Shown here: one piece after another, positions 1 through 14,334 of the stretch
How the letters are laid out: each line of letters starts with the position of its first letter
Numbering within the stretch: position 1 is the first letter of the stretch
DNA from: Hyphochytrium catenoides
Taxonomy: Eukaryota; Protista; Hyphochytriomycota
Assembly (NCBI GenBank): GCA_900088475.1
Contig: FLMG01001283.1
Coordinates: forward strand, 1 to 64,000
Length of the DNA stretch: 64,000 nt
Reading direction: 5' to 3'
Notes under the pieces: generated by a model
Seen by the model: the letters and a program-made list of their open reading frames with translations, nothing else
Told to the model about the DNA's origin: nothing
Databases searched by the model: none
Position numbers and translations under genes: made by a program

Positions 1-3000
1 CGGGGGGAGTGTAAGGCTCAAGGTTCAACAATCAAAAGCAGCTGAAAGAAATAGAAGGACGGAAGGTATGCTTTGCACCCGGCTAAAATGGGGCGCTACT
101 ACGTCTTACTGATAGTACCTGGTCTCTATCTCCTCCCTTTCCTGGTCCCTTTGTGACTCCAGGCATGTCTGGTCACCCTCATCATCTATTCGAGCTCCTG
201 GTAAACAGCTCTCGATATCCTCGGCCCTTTGCATATGCCGCCTGCAGCACAATTACCAGTGTTCATTACAATGTGGAACAGATCCTGGCTTGCGCCGTAA
301 GACGTCTGAGCTACTCCTGCGAAAGGCACGGCTTTTCCGTACATGGTTTCCCAGTACCTACGCGTGACACCCCTGCATTACCTGAGACGTATTGCCGCTT
401 CGAGAAGTCTCACGCTTTCCTCTTCACTTTGGACTTCCCCTATCTTGTTGCTTAGGATGTCGAGCAATCTCTGGTCGCACTCCATTTCTTCTATAGTTAG
501 TGGTAGTGCAAGGTATGGCGCAACAAGATATGGCGCAAGGGGGTAAGTAGGCTGAGGGCTAACGTAGAGATAATCAGAGCAAACGTAAGCGCGTGTAGAA
601 CGAGAGTGGGCCTAAGAATTCAAAGTCCCGACATCAGCTGATATGAGTACCCTGCATTACCTTCTCCTTTGTTCTCTTGCTGCACAACTGCGGATGCTGA
701 GGTTATGCAATCTAGAGCATCCCAGGCATTCAGAAAAATGTTGACTTCCTTACTGCCTTCTTCAGCACCGTCATGAGCTGATAGCCGCGACAATGCAAGG
801 GCACATAGCCTCTTCTTATCGGACAAACTCGTATATCCACTTTCTCCGACAAGCGCCTGCGAAAGGCTGGATATAGCGTGAAGCACAGAGGACTCAAGGG
901 ACGAACTCGGCAATGACAGAAGAGATATGCAGAGCTCCCCCGCAGCATCGTAATCTCCTACTGCATGGGCAGCGACAGCGATCTTGACCTGCAAACCGAG
1001 GGAAAAAAGCAACAGTAATGAGTTACAGAGGAAAGATGATGGACTGACAGGAAAATGAAAAGATAAAAGAGCTGTTTCCTTAAACTTTGATAAGATCTTG
1101 AGAACCCAATGAGATGTCAACAACACAACGCTGGGTCAACTAAGAGTTTTCATTATGTCACCTTGATCTGATGCAGAACCGGCTGAGAACTGAGGCCCAG
1201 GAGAGCTGCTAGTCGCAACGTCTTCAACCCGGGCGGGCTGGGAAGGCCTAGAGGTCGTAATTTAGCCTCCACAGTTTAAGCTAATGGCCACACTGATAGC
1301 ACCAATGTGCATATCTCAGATGTGTAAACAGCTCTAACTTACCGCCTATGACTTTGCGTTTGGAACACTCTTTCGGACTTTGTTTCAGAGCTCGGTCAAT
1401 TACCTGGAGAGTCACAAAGTAGGCAAAGAGGTCAGAGCTGCCTTGGATTAGAGGTAAGAGAAGGATGGAGCGTAGAATATCCTTAGCACTGTACTTGCCA
1501 TCATCTTGTCACTTTGTAGCCGAAGTTCCAGAGGCAGCATCTCAATTCGCAGCTCCTCCAGCAGTCGCACGGCTTCAATTAAGTTGCGCTCGGCCGCGAT
1601 GTCAGGCGTAGAGTAGGATACCAGAGAGAGGATCTATACATTTTCGTAGAAAGAAAGAGGTCACTAGGCGAAAGTACATTTTGAAGCGAAGACAGCACCC
1701 AGCCGAAATGATCTATGCAGCAATTGTCATCAAAGGCAAAACCTCCGCACCTTCGAAGCTCTCTCTAGGTCCGCGGTACCATTGCTACCATTGAACTCTT
1801 CTCGCGCTATCGTTGATGTACCAAACAAATGGCAACATAGACAGCAGGAATAATAGAAAGCCGCCGGAAGGGGAAGTTAGGAGAGGGAGTTGGAGGAAGA
1901 GGCACTAGCCCCGCCTAGATGATTCAAATCTTACCAGCACGCAGAATAACCTCCTCCATCTCAGCTGCCGAAAGAAGTGAGTTTTGATCATCCATGATGG
2001 CTTTAACCACCTAATGGCGTAACATCAAAGGGCAAAGGGACGTGGTTAAGGACACATTCGACAGCTGACACGCGGTCCCCTTTAACCCGACAAGGAATGC
2101 CCAGGACGTCAAATTGAGAAAGTCAATGTAAACACGGACCCAAGGAACGGAACCACAAAAGACCGATGGAGACTAAGCGATGTTGTGGGGCCAGGAGTGG
2201 TCTATGAGAAGAATAAGAAGAAGGTGAAAGTTCCATGATGTCTGGAAATAGATGAGAAGCTTTTGAAAAGGCCTACTCTTACCTCAAAAGCCTCCGCGTG
2301 TATCATTGCCTCCACGACGAGCTTAAATAGCTCACTCTCTGGTATCCAAATGAACGCATTCTCCCTAATAGAGCACACATCTTCCAACACTTCCTGCCAT
2401 TTCTCGCGAATTTGAGGTCGGGAGCGACTTGCCGAAAGACAGATTAGCTGAAGGGTCTCCCAGCCCGTTTTGGGTCCTTGATTAGAGATTGTTCATGGTG
2501 AGAGGATGGAGCTATTTACTTCCTACGTTCTCATTTATCTAGTCTTCTCTCTGGGTCCCTGATCGCCGCATATTTGAGGCATACCTGCACCTCCATTAGT
2601 CTGTAAGGCGCTGCCCCTGCCCTTATACAAATGCTCATCTCCGTTTGTCTGAGCAGCAATCTCGGTAGCCTCCCTGAAGAAAGAGAGTGGCGGAGAGACG
2701 CCGTACTTCATCATCACCTCTAGAGCATTCAAGTGACCATGCATTTCGTCCACTTGTACTTGTAGCTGACAAAGCCTAAAGGCGGATTCCACGTAAGAGA
2801 TAGGTTGAGTGAGAACACGTCTGGAACTATGACACAGATAATGTCGTTCTATTTTATCTACCTCGGGTTTCTCCTCTCTTCTTCCTCATCGCGAACTGGC
2901 AGGCACTCGAAGATCCTGAACAAATAGTCTAGCTCCTTGCCGGACGGGCAACCATAGCAGCAGCTAACGGACAGCTCCAATAGGTCAACCTGTCCTTTGC

Positions 3001-6000
3001 AGATTAGCGTGAGTCAACTCTCCGTACACATCTGGCACGATACCGGTCTAACGATTATCCTCTTGTCAGGTGGATCGGTCGGCTTGCTGGCCTCAATGAC
3101 TGCCGTGGCGACACGGATGCCCTCCGAGGATGCTAAAGTGAGACGCTTCAGGTATTCCGATAGGGCCAACAACCAGGCGGTCTGTAGAATAAGCGAATGT
3201 TATTGCCCAGAGCCGGGACAAGTCCCAGCCAAAATAGGAAAAAGGTTGGGCTTGACGAAGAGGTGTTTTTCACTAGCTAGCTGACCCACAGCACGTGCGT
3301 ATATTTCACCTCTACCAATCTCAAAATAGTAAACATGATACCAAGCATGACCAGGAAGTGGAAGAAGTCTAGAACATGGTTGATTAACAGCGAAAGTCAA
3401 TGGGTCAGGAGAAAAAGAAACCTATCTACCGACAAGAGGCAAAGGGAATGGAACAAGCAATGAAGCCAACGCTTAGAACTTACAGCTGCTTCCGGCTCGT
3501 CATCCGCCATGAGAGGATAAATCCTCTGTCTGATCAGCCTCACAACCGTCTCTGGACTGGCACCAATGAGGAGGATAGCCACTTTCTCTTCTTTAGTCAT
3601 TTGCCTCCATTCTGCCAGCGATAGCCTATCATCTACTCCTACGTTATAAATAAGATGAAATAGTTGGCTCATATCCTGATAGAGCTTGAGCATTTCAAGA
3701 TAGGGTTCCTTGATGGCAGAGCTTATCTCGGACGTTGCAGTTTCCTGAGCAGCCTCGAATCTGATAGCCAGAAGCAATATAGAGTGAGGGCATAACATAG
3801 AGTGAGGGCAAGAGAAAAGAGATGTACGTAACGCAAATCAACCCCTAGCAAAGATATGCACAAATGGTTTCACTTAGATTTGAACGCTATAAGACAACCA
3901 TGCATGGAACTAACGGCGAGCTAGGGAATTGGATAAGAAGGAGTCGATATGCATTGGATCGCTTACCCTCCCATCCTTTCGATCCCAAGCCGTAGCAGGT
4001 CATGTGCATAGTCAAGCTGCCCTGCCACTCCTTCCAACGTCTGTGCTCTGTCGCAGTACCATTGACATATTGCACCCGAAGTGGAGATTTGGGCCTGGAA
4101 CCATGAGGTCCGCGAGCTCAGTCAGATCAAGAGATATGCTAAGAGATAGAGGAGAAGATGTCGGGCCAGCATATAAACACTGAAACTGGACGTTTCGACA
4201 ATTGCAAACTATTCATAGCAGAGGTATCACACCAGACATGAAAAGTGTAGCAAATCTCCCTCAGACAGTCCGTAGACAACACCCCTACATGATTCACTGC
4301 ATCAAAATTATCGAAGAGCTCGTCTCCTAAGACTCCGCGATACTTCAACAATCTTTGCCATTTGCCAAGCTCTGCAGAAGTCAGCAAATGGCCCTGATTG
4401 ACGATCTTCCCATCCTTGTAAGTCCATGCCTATGTTGTTCAAAGACGAAACAGGCACAACTCAGTCTGGAGAAGGAAATGGGGAGGACGTGATACGAATA
4501 GTTCCGGGGACGGAGACCAAACCGTACGGGACAATGGCAATAGGTGCTACGATGCGTATCACCCTCATAGCCCTGAAACCAGGACATAACTAAACCAGAC
4601 GTCATCCTTTAGGCGAGTCCTGGATACAGCAGGGATAAAGAAGAACTTTAAGACAGTTTCCTCACCAATCCTGACCCTTCTGGGCCTATCGCAGGGAGGA
4701 TGCCTTTGTATAGTGAGGGAGATATCGTCTCCGGGATGACAGACAACACTTCCAGGCGCCGCTGAAGAACTTGACCTGGCATGTGATGGCACAATAGAAA
4801 GAAAGAGGGCCGGAGACGTTATAGCTGCATTAACAGAGATGGGGTAAGGGCCATCAACGCTACCTCGATCGGTCTCAAAGAGAGCAATAAGTGCAGGTAT
4901 CCGTCCTTCCTTTGCTAAGCTCATCGCTGTGCTCCCCAAGTCTGCGTCCCTGAATAGGGCGAAGGACTGCGTGCTCCATAGCATTGGGTTCACAGGATTA
5001 TCACTCCGCCCGCACTCAGCATCTCCCTTTCCAAATATTGGGACTGCAAATGCTTCTGATTCCGCTGCAACGATTTTCTCAAAGACAATCAGACGCTCAC
5101 GATAGCGTTCGATCCGCAGGCGCAGAGCCACCAGCTCCAATTGCTCAACCGACAGAGTGACATCGTGTTCTCCTCCTTTCTTTGTCTCGTTACCCAAAAT
5201 ATTTTCCAGGAGGTAGTTGGTGCGGGTGAGAATAAGATCATATAAGTTGACTGTGAGCCCAGGGCTCTCCAGCAGCTTTTGTGAGCCCTCCATCAACAAC
5301 CATTTTATGTTGCTGACTTTCGTGAGATAGAGATCCACTGCATCCTCCCTGCGCGTGTGGACAGAAGCAAAGTGGCATGTGCAATATTAGCTTGAGCTGC
5401 AGAAGTGGCTGAGTCGCATGGCCGCTACAAAAGGACGGTCTGAACCAGAGCCCGATGACGTAGTCCAAAAAATTGACACGAAGAAAGAGAACAAGCTGAA
5501 TTAACAGAAGCTAAGATCTACGTCTACCTGTTTTGATGTTTGAACCATTGGCTGATATAGACAATGTCGGGGTCTAAGGCATACTTCTGCGCGTGCTTAA
5601 GGGCCACGTCAAACTCTTCGTTCTCAATCTTCATTTGCAGATATTGAGACGGGGTGCATTCGTTCAGCAAAAATAGTTTGCAAGAAAGTGATCCTAAGGG
5701 GCAGAGACAAGAGGAGGAAAGAGAGAGAGGCGCATGAGCGGCAACTACCGTTAGCAAAAAAAAGTAGTGATAGGGAGGTGGTCGAACAACGTCATGAGCA
5801 ACAATGGAACTTTGTACGGTTACGGAAGAGCAGCTTAATACCGTCAGAGAGTGATAAAGGAAGAGGTATGGCAGACATTTGCATTCCGTCGTCACCTGTG
5901 TGGTCTTGGCTCAACTTTGACATTTCTTTCTCGTCTAGGACGAACATTCGCCCTGGAGGACCTCTTTCAATGCTCAGACTGCCACCAAATTCCGGTGGTG

Positions 6001-7998
6001 ACTCTCCTAGATGATTGTCCAGGCCCGGGAAGGAGACGACTGAAAGGCGCCCTGATGCGAAGGCGACAAGTAGGAGCTCATTGCTCCACCACATGATCGT
6101 GCCTACACAGCTATCACCTCCCTCCTGCTTCTCTGTTTCTGAGATATGAACCCACTTCTGTACGACACTGCCCTCCACCTGTGGCCCAAAAGCAGATTAG
6201 AGGATTGGTACCTCGGGCACCATTGCCGACCGACTGACCCGAACCACGAAATAAGGCCGTTAGTCCGCCCAGATGACGCTTATGGACCGAAAGGAAAGGC
6301 GAGAAAAGGGTAGTATAGCATTTATCGTACGAAAGCTCCCTTCTCTTACCGTCTGCACAGTCAGACCTCCCGAAAAGTCCAGCGTGGCTAGGAGTTTGCC
6401 ATTTGGAGATAGGTCAATCCGCATCAGCGTTCCAGGGTGGGGAGGGAGCGGGGCTCCCAGCAGAGTCTTTCCCCAAGAGCCTTGCGATGCTGCATAGTTA
6501 TGATTAGAAGGGGCTGGTGAAGAAGCAGATTAAGCGTTTTAGGATCTCAAGACGCGTTTGACATGGAGACGCACAGGAATTGGGAAAGGCTAGACTGCCG
6601 ATATCAGCAAATGACACGAAGAACGGGGATTAATTGTGGCACAGGCGATAGCAGAAAGCACAGCCATGGAACTGCATTGTACATGAAGGATATACACAGC
6701 TTGAGCGAGAAGAACGTATATAGATGATAGAGACAGGCCATCTGAGTGCATCATCCCGCAAATGAAAGACGGGGGAATCAAAGAACAGAATTTCACCGGT
6801 GCTCTTTAGGGCAGAGAGTTCCTGATCTGGTTCCCGGCCAGCAGTCGTGAAGTTTAAGAGCTCATAATAGGGTGCCTCGTCAGTCAACCTCCAAAAAGAG
6901 ATCCCTGAGGCGTTTCTCAATCTTTCCGCCTTACTGGGAGACACAATTCCACCCGCCACTGCCAGGATACCTCTCTCGCGGTCCAGACACATAGCACTGA
7001 CTCCAGTGTGCCACTCGCTGGTGTCAATTAGCGATTCCTTGGCAGTGTCATGGGCCAGCTTAGGCCGTCCAACTTTCGTACTATATTGTCCATCGTCGTC
7101 GTAGCGGATAGGAACATGGAGCCTCAAGAGCTGGCCCTCGCCATTTAAGACCAGCAGCTCTTGTCTTTGGACACCCGAGGTTGGCTGGATGGAGAGCCGA
7201 AAGTCCAGGGCAAATATAGGCCCTGGATTAAAGGTGCTGCACACGTGGTGAGGGTGAAAATCGAGAAGCTTTCGCCCCTGCTGGTCCACTAGAGTGACCA
7301 GACCTACACTATTCGCCACCGCCACCAATTCTGAATCAGTGCTCCAGGCGCACTTTACGCCTTTGGGATCACCGAGGGCAGGCAAGCGCACAATTCTCTA
7401 TGAAATATGTCAATGATTTTCGTCAGAAAAAAGCTCGCACTAACGACCAGAGAGGAGGGAACGAGACGACAAAGGTGGATTAACGCTATCAGCGGCTCAA
7501 TGAAGCGACAGAAGGTAGCTGAAGTGCGGCATCAGACAACCCTCAGTGCCGCACATAGACTGGTCTGTAACTCCATCCTTACTCTGATGAAAACGTACCT
7601 GATGAGACGGAGAAAAGCCAGACGCTGCGCTTAGCAGACAGAGACCTCTGTTCTGCACTATAGCAATGGTCGTCGCGTTCGGAGAGGCTGCAACTTTGAT
7701 GGAGGTACTGAGCCTAGACAAGTAGTACGACAAAGCAAGGATTTGGTCTTGACTGGACGAGAAAGGATGCAGCAGACGATGCGCTAGGGCACGTAGGAAC
7801 CCCATTTGAACGAGCTCCTCGCCCGGCGAGGGCTCATGTCCAGCGCTATCGACATCCCATTGCGCCAGAAAGGTGACATCATAAAGCATTCTCTTGGCTT
7901 GCATGCTGACGGTCTCCTACAAGAGGCATGATGGTCATCACCTGCCCTTTTAAGCACATCGATAGGTCCGGTCACCTTACCTCAGACTCATCCGCCAT
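1..7998 (-). CDS. NBAS: NBAS/Sec39 (neuroblastoma-amplified sequence; NRZ/Dsl1 tethering complex), multi-exon, 3' end outside window
   Basis: ATG 7998 (MADESE|gtaag). N-terminal beta-propeller exons: AWSTDSELVAVANSVG, RIDLSPNGKLLATLDFSG, WWSNELLLVAFASGRLSVVS. NBAS-typical segment YLQMKIENEEFDVALKHAQKYALDPDIVYISQW, then RLRIERYRERLIVFEKI and FALFRDADLGSTAMSLAKEGRIPALIALF. Sec39-like exons follow (FCQLQVQVDEMHGHLNALEVMMKYGV-type). Many GT-AG introns. Confidence 0.88.
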
Positions 7999-8483
7999 GG
8001 CTGATGGCACCTATCGCTCTTCTGCCACTCCTACCAACCAACACTCTACGAGCTCATCATGTCCGCACTGCTCTTAGTAGATACCGGAGACCACTAGGAG
8101 AGCCTGGAGCTTCAGCCCTTTAAATAGTCAATCACCTTAGCGTCATGACTTCTTTCTTCTGGCCTCCGAGTGGGCTCTCTAGTCACCCTGTAACCTGAGA
8201 GCAGCTCAATATGCTGGCACGGCAATAGCGAACCTGGAGAAGCTCAAAAGCTGGCACGGTCTGCCGATGAAGGCGGAGATGATGTGAAGATCTGTGCTTT
8301 TTTACCTTTGTTTATTTCAAGCGGCCGGATTGAAGGATTCAAGTGAGGGCACCTTTGTATTAATGTAAAGATATCTTTCACAGGCATGAACTCCTGAAAC
8401 ATTTCAGTATTGAAGCACCGCCCCTAACAGCAATCAGAATCCACATCACGCTTCGTTCTTATATATTTTACAAATAAGCTTCA

Positions 8484-11420
8484 TCAGCAGCCCCCGCCGC
8501 GCTTCTCAGAGCTATACTCTCCAAGAGCCTGCACAGCTCTCCTATAGTCTGCTGAACGAGCCGTTGGCCTTTGAACACGGTGCTCCTTTAATCAGGCATG
8601 GACCCGATGGAGATCAGTAGGGAAGTTCGCAGACTTCCCTTAGGCAGCTGCAAGCTTCCGCTGCTCTCGCAGAGCCTTGAACCTTTCGGCCAGTCGATCG
8701 TCAAACGTTCCCGCGACAAGCTGTGCAAGGACGTAGTTAGAATGAAGACGTAGGGACTAGAAGCATCTGCTGAAGCTCTGACCTCTCTGCTGCGCTGGTT
8801 GATCTGTGGTTTGAAGGTACACTCTGGAGGCGGAGCCATCCTCTCTTCTCGAAGCTGCTCTAGCTTCTGCTCGAACACTTCACGTAAGGTGCCTTCATAG
8901 CCATGGTGACTCAATGAGCTGGCTTACCTCCTCTCTCAGGGCCATGTCTTCTTCCACTCTGTACATAAAATCATCCTTAACCTCATTCTATGGCATCCAA
9001 AACACGTTAGAGCCTGCGCTGCCTTCCAGTACCGATTGCGTTGTCTTACCCAAGTCTTTGCCTCCATTGGGACTTTGATAACCTTTCCTGTCCTTCTATC
9101 GTATAAGCACTTCTCAGTGACTCTGAAAGGTGGCCGTGTCTCCCTTTCCAGCTTTTTGATGTTCTCTCGCCTCCGCTCCTCACTAGAAGTTGCCCGCTTG
9201 AAGAACTTCTTCTCCACCTCTCCCTGGCATGAAACAATTCATGGATGTAAACGAGACGCGAGGTGTCTTAGGGGCAGAGGGCCGGCTAAAAGGAGATAGA
9301 AAGACGAGTAACTCAGTGGTAGAACGGACCAGACAGCGAAAGGGAGATAAGGGCTTCTGAGTACCCAGGTGGTTGCGCTTCGGTACTCCACTGCGCAGTT
9401 TTGACATTTCTTTCGCTTCTGTATGACTTCATCGTAGGACTGTACCATCCCACACTTCGGACATGTCTGAGTAGGTCAAGAAGCATTATACAGTCTTCGC
9501 GGCCAGTCTGCTCTTATAACAGTATGCACTCTTACCTTTTTGTCCAACTTCTTGGCATACTCTTGCTGACCTTGGGCCTTGTTGAGTTCCTATTTATAGA
9601 AGTTAAAGGAAGAGGGAAGTTTAGAGCAAAAAGAGATGCACAACGACTCATCCCAGGGCAAATGGTGATTTCTGTAACCTCTTCACGACAAGAACCATTC
9701 TAAGAGGAGCAGATTGTGCCATTTTATATCAAGTTGCTTTGCCTTACCGCCCTCATATTTCTGGTGTGTGTGTCCATCCTCCTCACGAAGTCAGCATCCA
9801 TTCCCGAGTCGCCTTGGTCTTGCAGCTTTCGTACCCTCGGTTTGAACGTGCAGTTTTCCCTGTCATCCTCCTTGGCATAAAGACTGGAGAAAGAAGACGC
9901 CCGAGTTCAACGATGGGGAAGGGAGCGAGGTATTCAAGGACTTAACAAACCTTGTCGCTCTTTGTCTAGAGGATGGCTTGGCCTTAGAGAGCCTCTCAAC
10001 CGTTTCCTATTCATCAGTAAAGATAAGTACTATAGAGCTTGTTTGGAAACTAGACGTTCTTTACCATTGGTGAGGTGTCTAGCGAAAAAACACAGTTCAG
10101 TGTCTACAGCAGGCAGGTTCTCACTAGACAAAGCCGCTTACCTTGTCGCTTTTTCGGAAGTTTTTGCGGCACTATCGTCCACGTCTTTGCTAGAAGACGG
10201 GCCTGGGAGGTGGATAAGGAATCGAGACCAGAGGTCATGGCTCTCGAGCGCTGTGGATGCGTGGGCAGTGATGCTCTCAACTTTTTGGCGGCTAGCCTTT
10301 GCTGCATTGCTTGCTGGTGACGAGTTTAGACGAAGCGAACATGGAAATGGCTAACCCAACATCACTAACCTTTTTGTCTAGAGAAAAAGAGGGCGTGCTT
10401 CTTCGAAGTCCACCTGCTGGTCATGAAAATGAGACGGCGATAGGCATCTCAAGGTCGCCCTCCTTACCCTTCGATAAGCTCGCCAGCAAAGCGTCAAATG
10501 CTTTGTCCTTGACTGCGGAGTTCGTCACCGCCTCGGCTGCCTCTCTTAGTACTTGATCGATATTCTGTTTTCCCGAAGGGTCACTGCTTCTCACTTCCTT
10601 GGCTGCATTGCTCAGGATGGAGGCTACTGAAGCTTCTGCTGCCGCGCTACGAAGCAACTGGTCCACCGCTGGCCTACCTTGGACCTCTGCTACCGACGCT
10701 CGAAGAAGATCTCCGACCCTCGCTCCGTCGGTGACAGAGGTCCGAAGGACATCACTAACGTGGTTTTGTGTTGCCTCAATACTCCTCTGAGTTGATGTCC
10801 TCTCAGAAAGTTCCTTTGCAGTAGAGGTCAGGAGAGCTGCAATACCCTTAGAGCTAACAGCTGACCTCTCCTCTTTCGCCAGGCTCGAATACTCTGTCCC
10901 GCCATCCCCTGCTGCTTCCCGGAGCTTTCCTTCCTTCACTACCTCAGCAAGGACACTTCCCGGATCGGCGGAGGTGGGATCCTTTTCCAGTGTTGAGTCT
11001 GTCATTCCTTGGGCCAGAGCGGACAGTACGGAGGCAACCCTCGTACTTGAATCCTTTGATGCCCCTTCGTATGGTTTGACTGCTTGCGAAGTGTCACCCA
11101 CCGGAGCACCCGACTGGTTCGCGATAGCCATGTCAGCCACGGCTTTCTGAAGAGCATCTGCCGCGTTCATCCTGAAGTTGAGCAAGTTGTCTCTATGGTC
11201 GTCAGATCTCTGTTGGAAGTTCAGCAAATGTGCCCAGTTCTCATTAACATGCCTCTTTCTCTCCTAGTCTAGCTGTAACTAGGTCCTGTCCTGAGCTGGC
11301 ATCTCAGGCGCCACTGCCGTCGAACACTTCTTGGCTCTCGATGAGCCCAGACCGGGGCCATCATCCTCACGAACCCGAAGAAACTCACTCCTCAACATCA
11401 ATGCATCTAATGCTGGATAT
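8484..11420 (-). CDS. Uncharacterised multi-exon protein with amphipathic-helix repeats and C-terminal PECTFKPQIN / RPPFRVT motifs (possibly microtubule- or cilium-associated); 5' end uncertain, may extend to ~12150
   Basis: Exon ORFs 10421-11263, 8936-9217 and 8588-8914 have GT-AG boundaries. The last exon EHRVQRPTARSADYRRAVQALGEYSSEKRGGGC ends at TGA 8484. Confidence 0.6.
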
Positions 11421-12964
11421 TTGGGTAGAATATCAAGGACAAAATAAGTTAAAGCGTGACTATTCGGAATTAACCTTTCCGCTACCGGCTATCTGACAAG
11501 GGCGTTACGCTTTTTGTATGGCGATGACCTGATTCTGACCAGTACGGGGCTAACCACCATACTGCTGCTGCCAGTGGAAATGCAAGCTCTTACCAACATA
11601 CCAATGAAGGCCATCTTGACTCCGTCGTGTGCTGCGCCAAAGCGCTGCGAAAGCTGATAGAACGTTACTTATGTCCGAAGTTTGGCTACATTGGCGTCTC
11701 ACGTCGCTAGATGGAGCAGCACCACTACTAACTGCTTCTGTGTGCCAAAGAAGGCCACGGAATACAGTGGTGGAAGTACCTTGCGCAAAGCCCATGCAGC
11801 ATTCTGCTTCGCTATATCTGAGTCTTACGCTGTAGCCCTCTCTGAAGCAGATATCTAAGTTCTGCTGCCTGAAGCCAAGTGCAACTCATTGGATACTCTG
11901 CCTGCAGAACCTTCTCTCTAGAAGAATCTTTTTGCTCTTATTGCCGTTCACAAAAGCGAACAGTAGTAATCACCTAACAACGGCGCATGCATGCATTAGC
12001 CTAGTGTCTAATCAGAGCCTCTATTGGTATAACTTTATGATAACAGCTTTTTGCGGAGACTGCCCAACTGGAACATGGCCACAGGCAACCTAACGAGAAA
12101 GATTGTTGCCAATACAGCCTTCTTCTCGAAGAGCTTATGAGGACCATGAGTCTTCCTCTTCCTGCCCTACAATAACGACTGATGGCGACCAGAAAACCAC
12201 CACTCCAAAGGTGACCAAAGCTGCGCCGAGCGATGGTGTGCTGAGCTTCTTCCAGCTCTGTCAGCGATGTAGCGCCCGCGGCCTATTTAAAATCTTTACA
12301 AGTGATACAAGAGCTAGAGGACATGCCCGCGGTAAGTCGATCACCCGTTCTATGGTCTCAGCCTCTAATAAGAACCCATAGCTCTATGGCTATAACCTAT
12401 AACCCTTCAGTGCCATTCTATGCCCGCCCGGCCGCTCCATAAACTCCAATTCCCCCAAGTTCAACAAACTTCAATACGTTCAGCAGAGGTCTGCTAACGG
12501 CTAGACGGCGCGTACTGAAGCTTGTAACCCCAGCAATTTGTCCTGATAAAGTTTTCGGTACGAAAAGCTAGCAGCCATGAACACAACTACTTCCTCTCCC
12601 AGTCATGCAAGCAAGGAATGCTTGCTAGCAGCTTTCGCCTGAACACAATTGACATTCGTGCCGTCCACTAGCAGAGACGATTCTCTGTTGACTCCTTCTA
12701 TATCGCATTGAGAAAGCTGTAACGAAGAGGACCAGCCAAAGTACTTATTCCCTGTGCCGCGCCATCATGGAACCCCGAGATGCTACTGGGGTGTAGGTGG
12801 ATATGGTGCTGGCCTGCTTTGGCTAACTCCGTCCTATAAAAATGGTTACGAGCCAGCAATCCCACTGTTTAGCAAGCTCTGCGTCATAAAGCGGCAGCGT
12901 GCACAACTCCACACGCAGGCTATCCCTAGCTATTCTTGAGGGCGATTGGTCCCTGGTTGATACC

Positions 12965-14334
12965 ATGGCTGCCACCATCAGCCAGTCCGTCACCCGTGTT
13001 CTGGGTGTGAGGTACTCCCCATGGCGGTTGAGTCTTCAACCTGTGGTGCACGGCCGGGGCAAGAATCGAAGCCTCGTACCTATGAGCAATGGGCAGCTCT
13101 TTATGTCAACTCTTAGTGGGGATGACACAAGCGTCAGAAAGATGAAGGTGGGACCCAACCCATTTGATAAAGCTACAGAAGGTGGATCTTCGCCTCCGCA
13201 TCTGGACGATGAATATGAAGAGCCATCCTGGAAGCCAACGGGTCGAGCACGCCGTCCCAAGCGAATCATAGTAGTCAGGTATACAACCCCAACTTTTAAA
13301 CCCCGTGCTCATCTCTCTGGTACCTTAGTAAGAGTGCTATGCAGGCATGAAGAGAGTGCAGGCAATGATAATGAGGCCGCCTACGTCCACACCCCTGACT
13401 GGAAAGTGCCTCTAACTCTTAGAGGAGTTGAGAGGTCAAGATTGCTTGGAGTGAAGCTGAAAAAGCTCATTGGCGAGGATCCCGTATACTTTTACGTGTC
13501 ACCGTATCTTAGGGCGCTACAGACATGTCAAGGGATCATCAATGCATTCCCAGGTAAGCCGAATTGATTTTGCACTGCTGTTATGCGCCTAACTTAGCTC
13601 TGTAAGTAGACGAGCAGATCGTTGGCGTTCGGGAAGAGCCACGGATAGTAGAGCAGCAGTTTGGCAACTTTCAGAATGTAGAAGAGATAAAAAAGGCCAA
13701 ACGAGAGCGGTGGCGTTACGGCACTTTCTTTTTCCGATTCCCCAATGGTAAGGAGCTCAAGTACTTCCTCCTTTATCCAAGATTCTCATATCGGGTGAAG
13801 GCGAATCGGGTCTGGACGTGTACAGCCGGGTAACGGATTTTATCGCCACTATGCATCGCGACTTTGGCAATGAGAACATCATGCGGGACGATCTGACAAT
13901 GATTATCGTGACCCACGGCTTGGCCCTGCGGCTCTTCCTGATGCGGTGGTTCTTGGTATGTAGGATCACTGCATATTTGTTCGTCGCTCCCCTGTCATGG
14001 CTTCCCCGTCACCTCGACTAAGTCCCTATTTCTAGTACACCGTGCACGATTTCGAGCAGACTCAGAACCCTATAAATGGGGGCTACGTAGTTATGGATAG
14101 GAACATAGATGCGAAGGTAGGGTGCATCGACATATGTCAGCCATGGAGGGATACAGATTCTCACTCTTTCCGATTCTTTTGATCTAGGGTAATGAATGGT
14201 TCGACCTGACAGAAGAGTCCTTGAAGATGGTAAAGTTCCCCAAATATACAAGACACGCCTTCCTTCTGTCGCCAAAGAGCCGGGACTTCTTCAATAGATA
14301 TACAGAGGAAGCGGAGGATGAGATATGGGATTAG
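12965..14334 (+). CDS. Histidine phosphatase / phosphoglycerate mutase-like protein (Det1/AT74-like), probable mitochondrial presequence
   Basis: Spliced RPKRIIVVR|HEESAGN; PLTLRG; SPYLRALQT; REEPRIVEQQFGNFQ; FFFRFPNG|ESGLDVYSRVTDF; IVTHGLALRLFLMRWF. The N-terminus from ATG 12965 is Arg/Ser-rich and acid-free. TAG at 14332-14334. Confidence 0.88.

Noticed and set aside
1600-7000. Other RTATCCT matches on the NBAS coding strand (~1620, ~6690, ~6970) as U12 donors
   Set aside because: They lie inside exons or mid-intron, have no paired TCCTTAAC branch site, and the local frames are explained by GT-AG introns.
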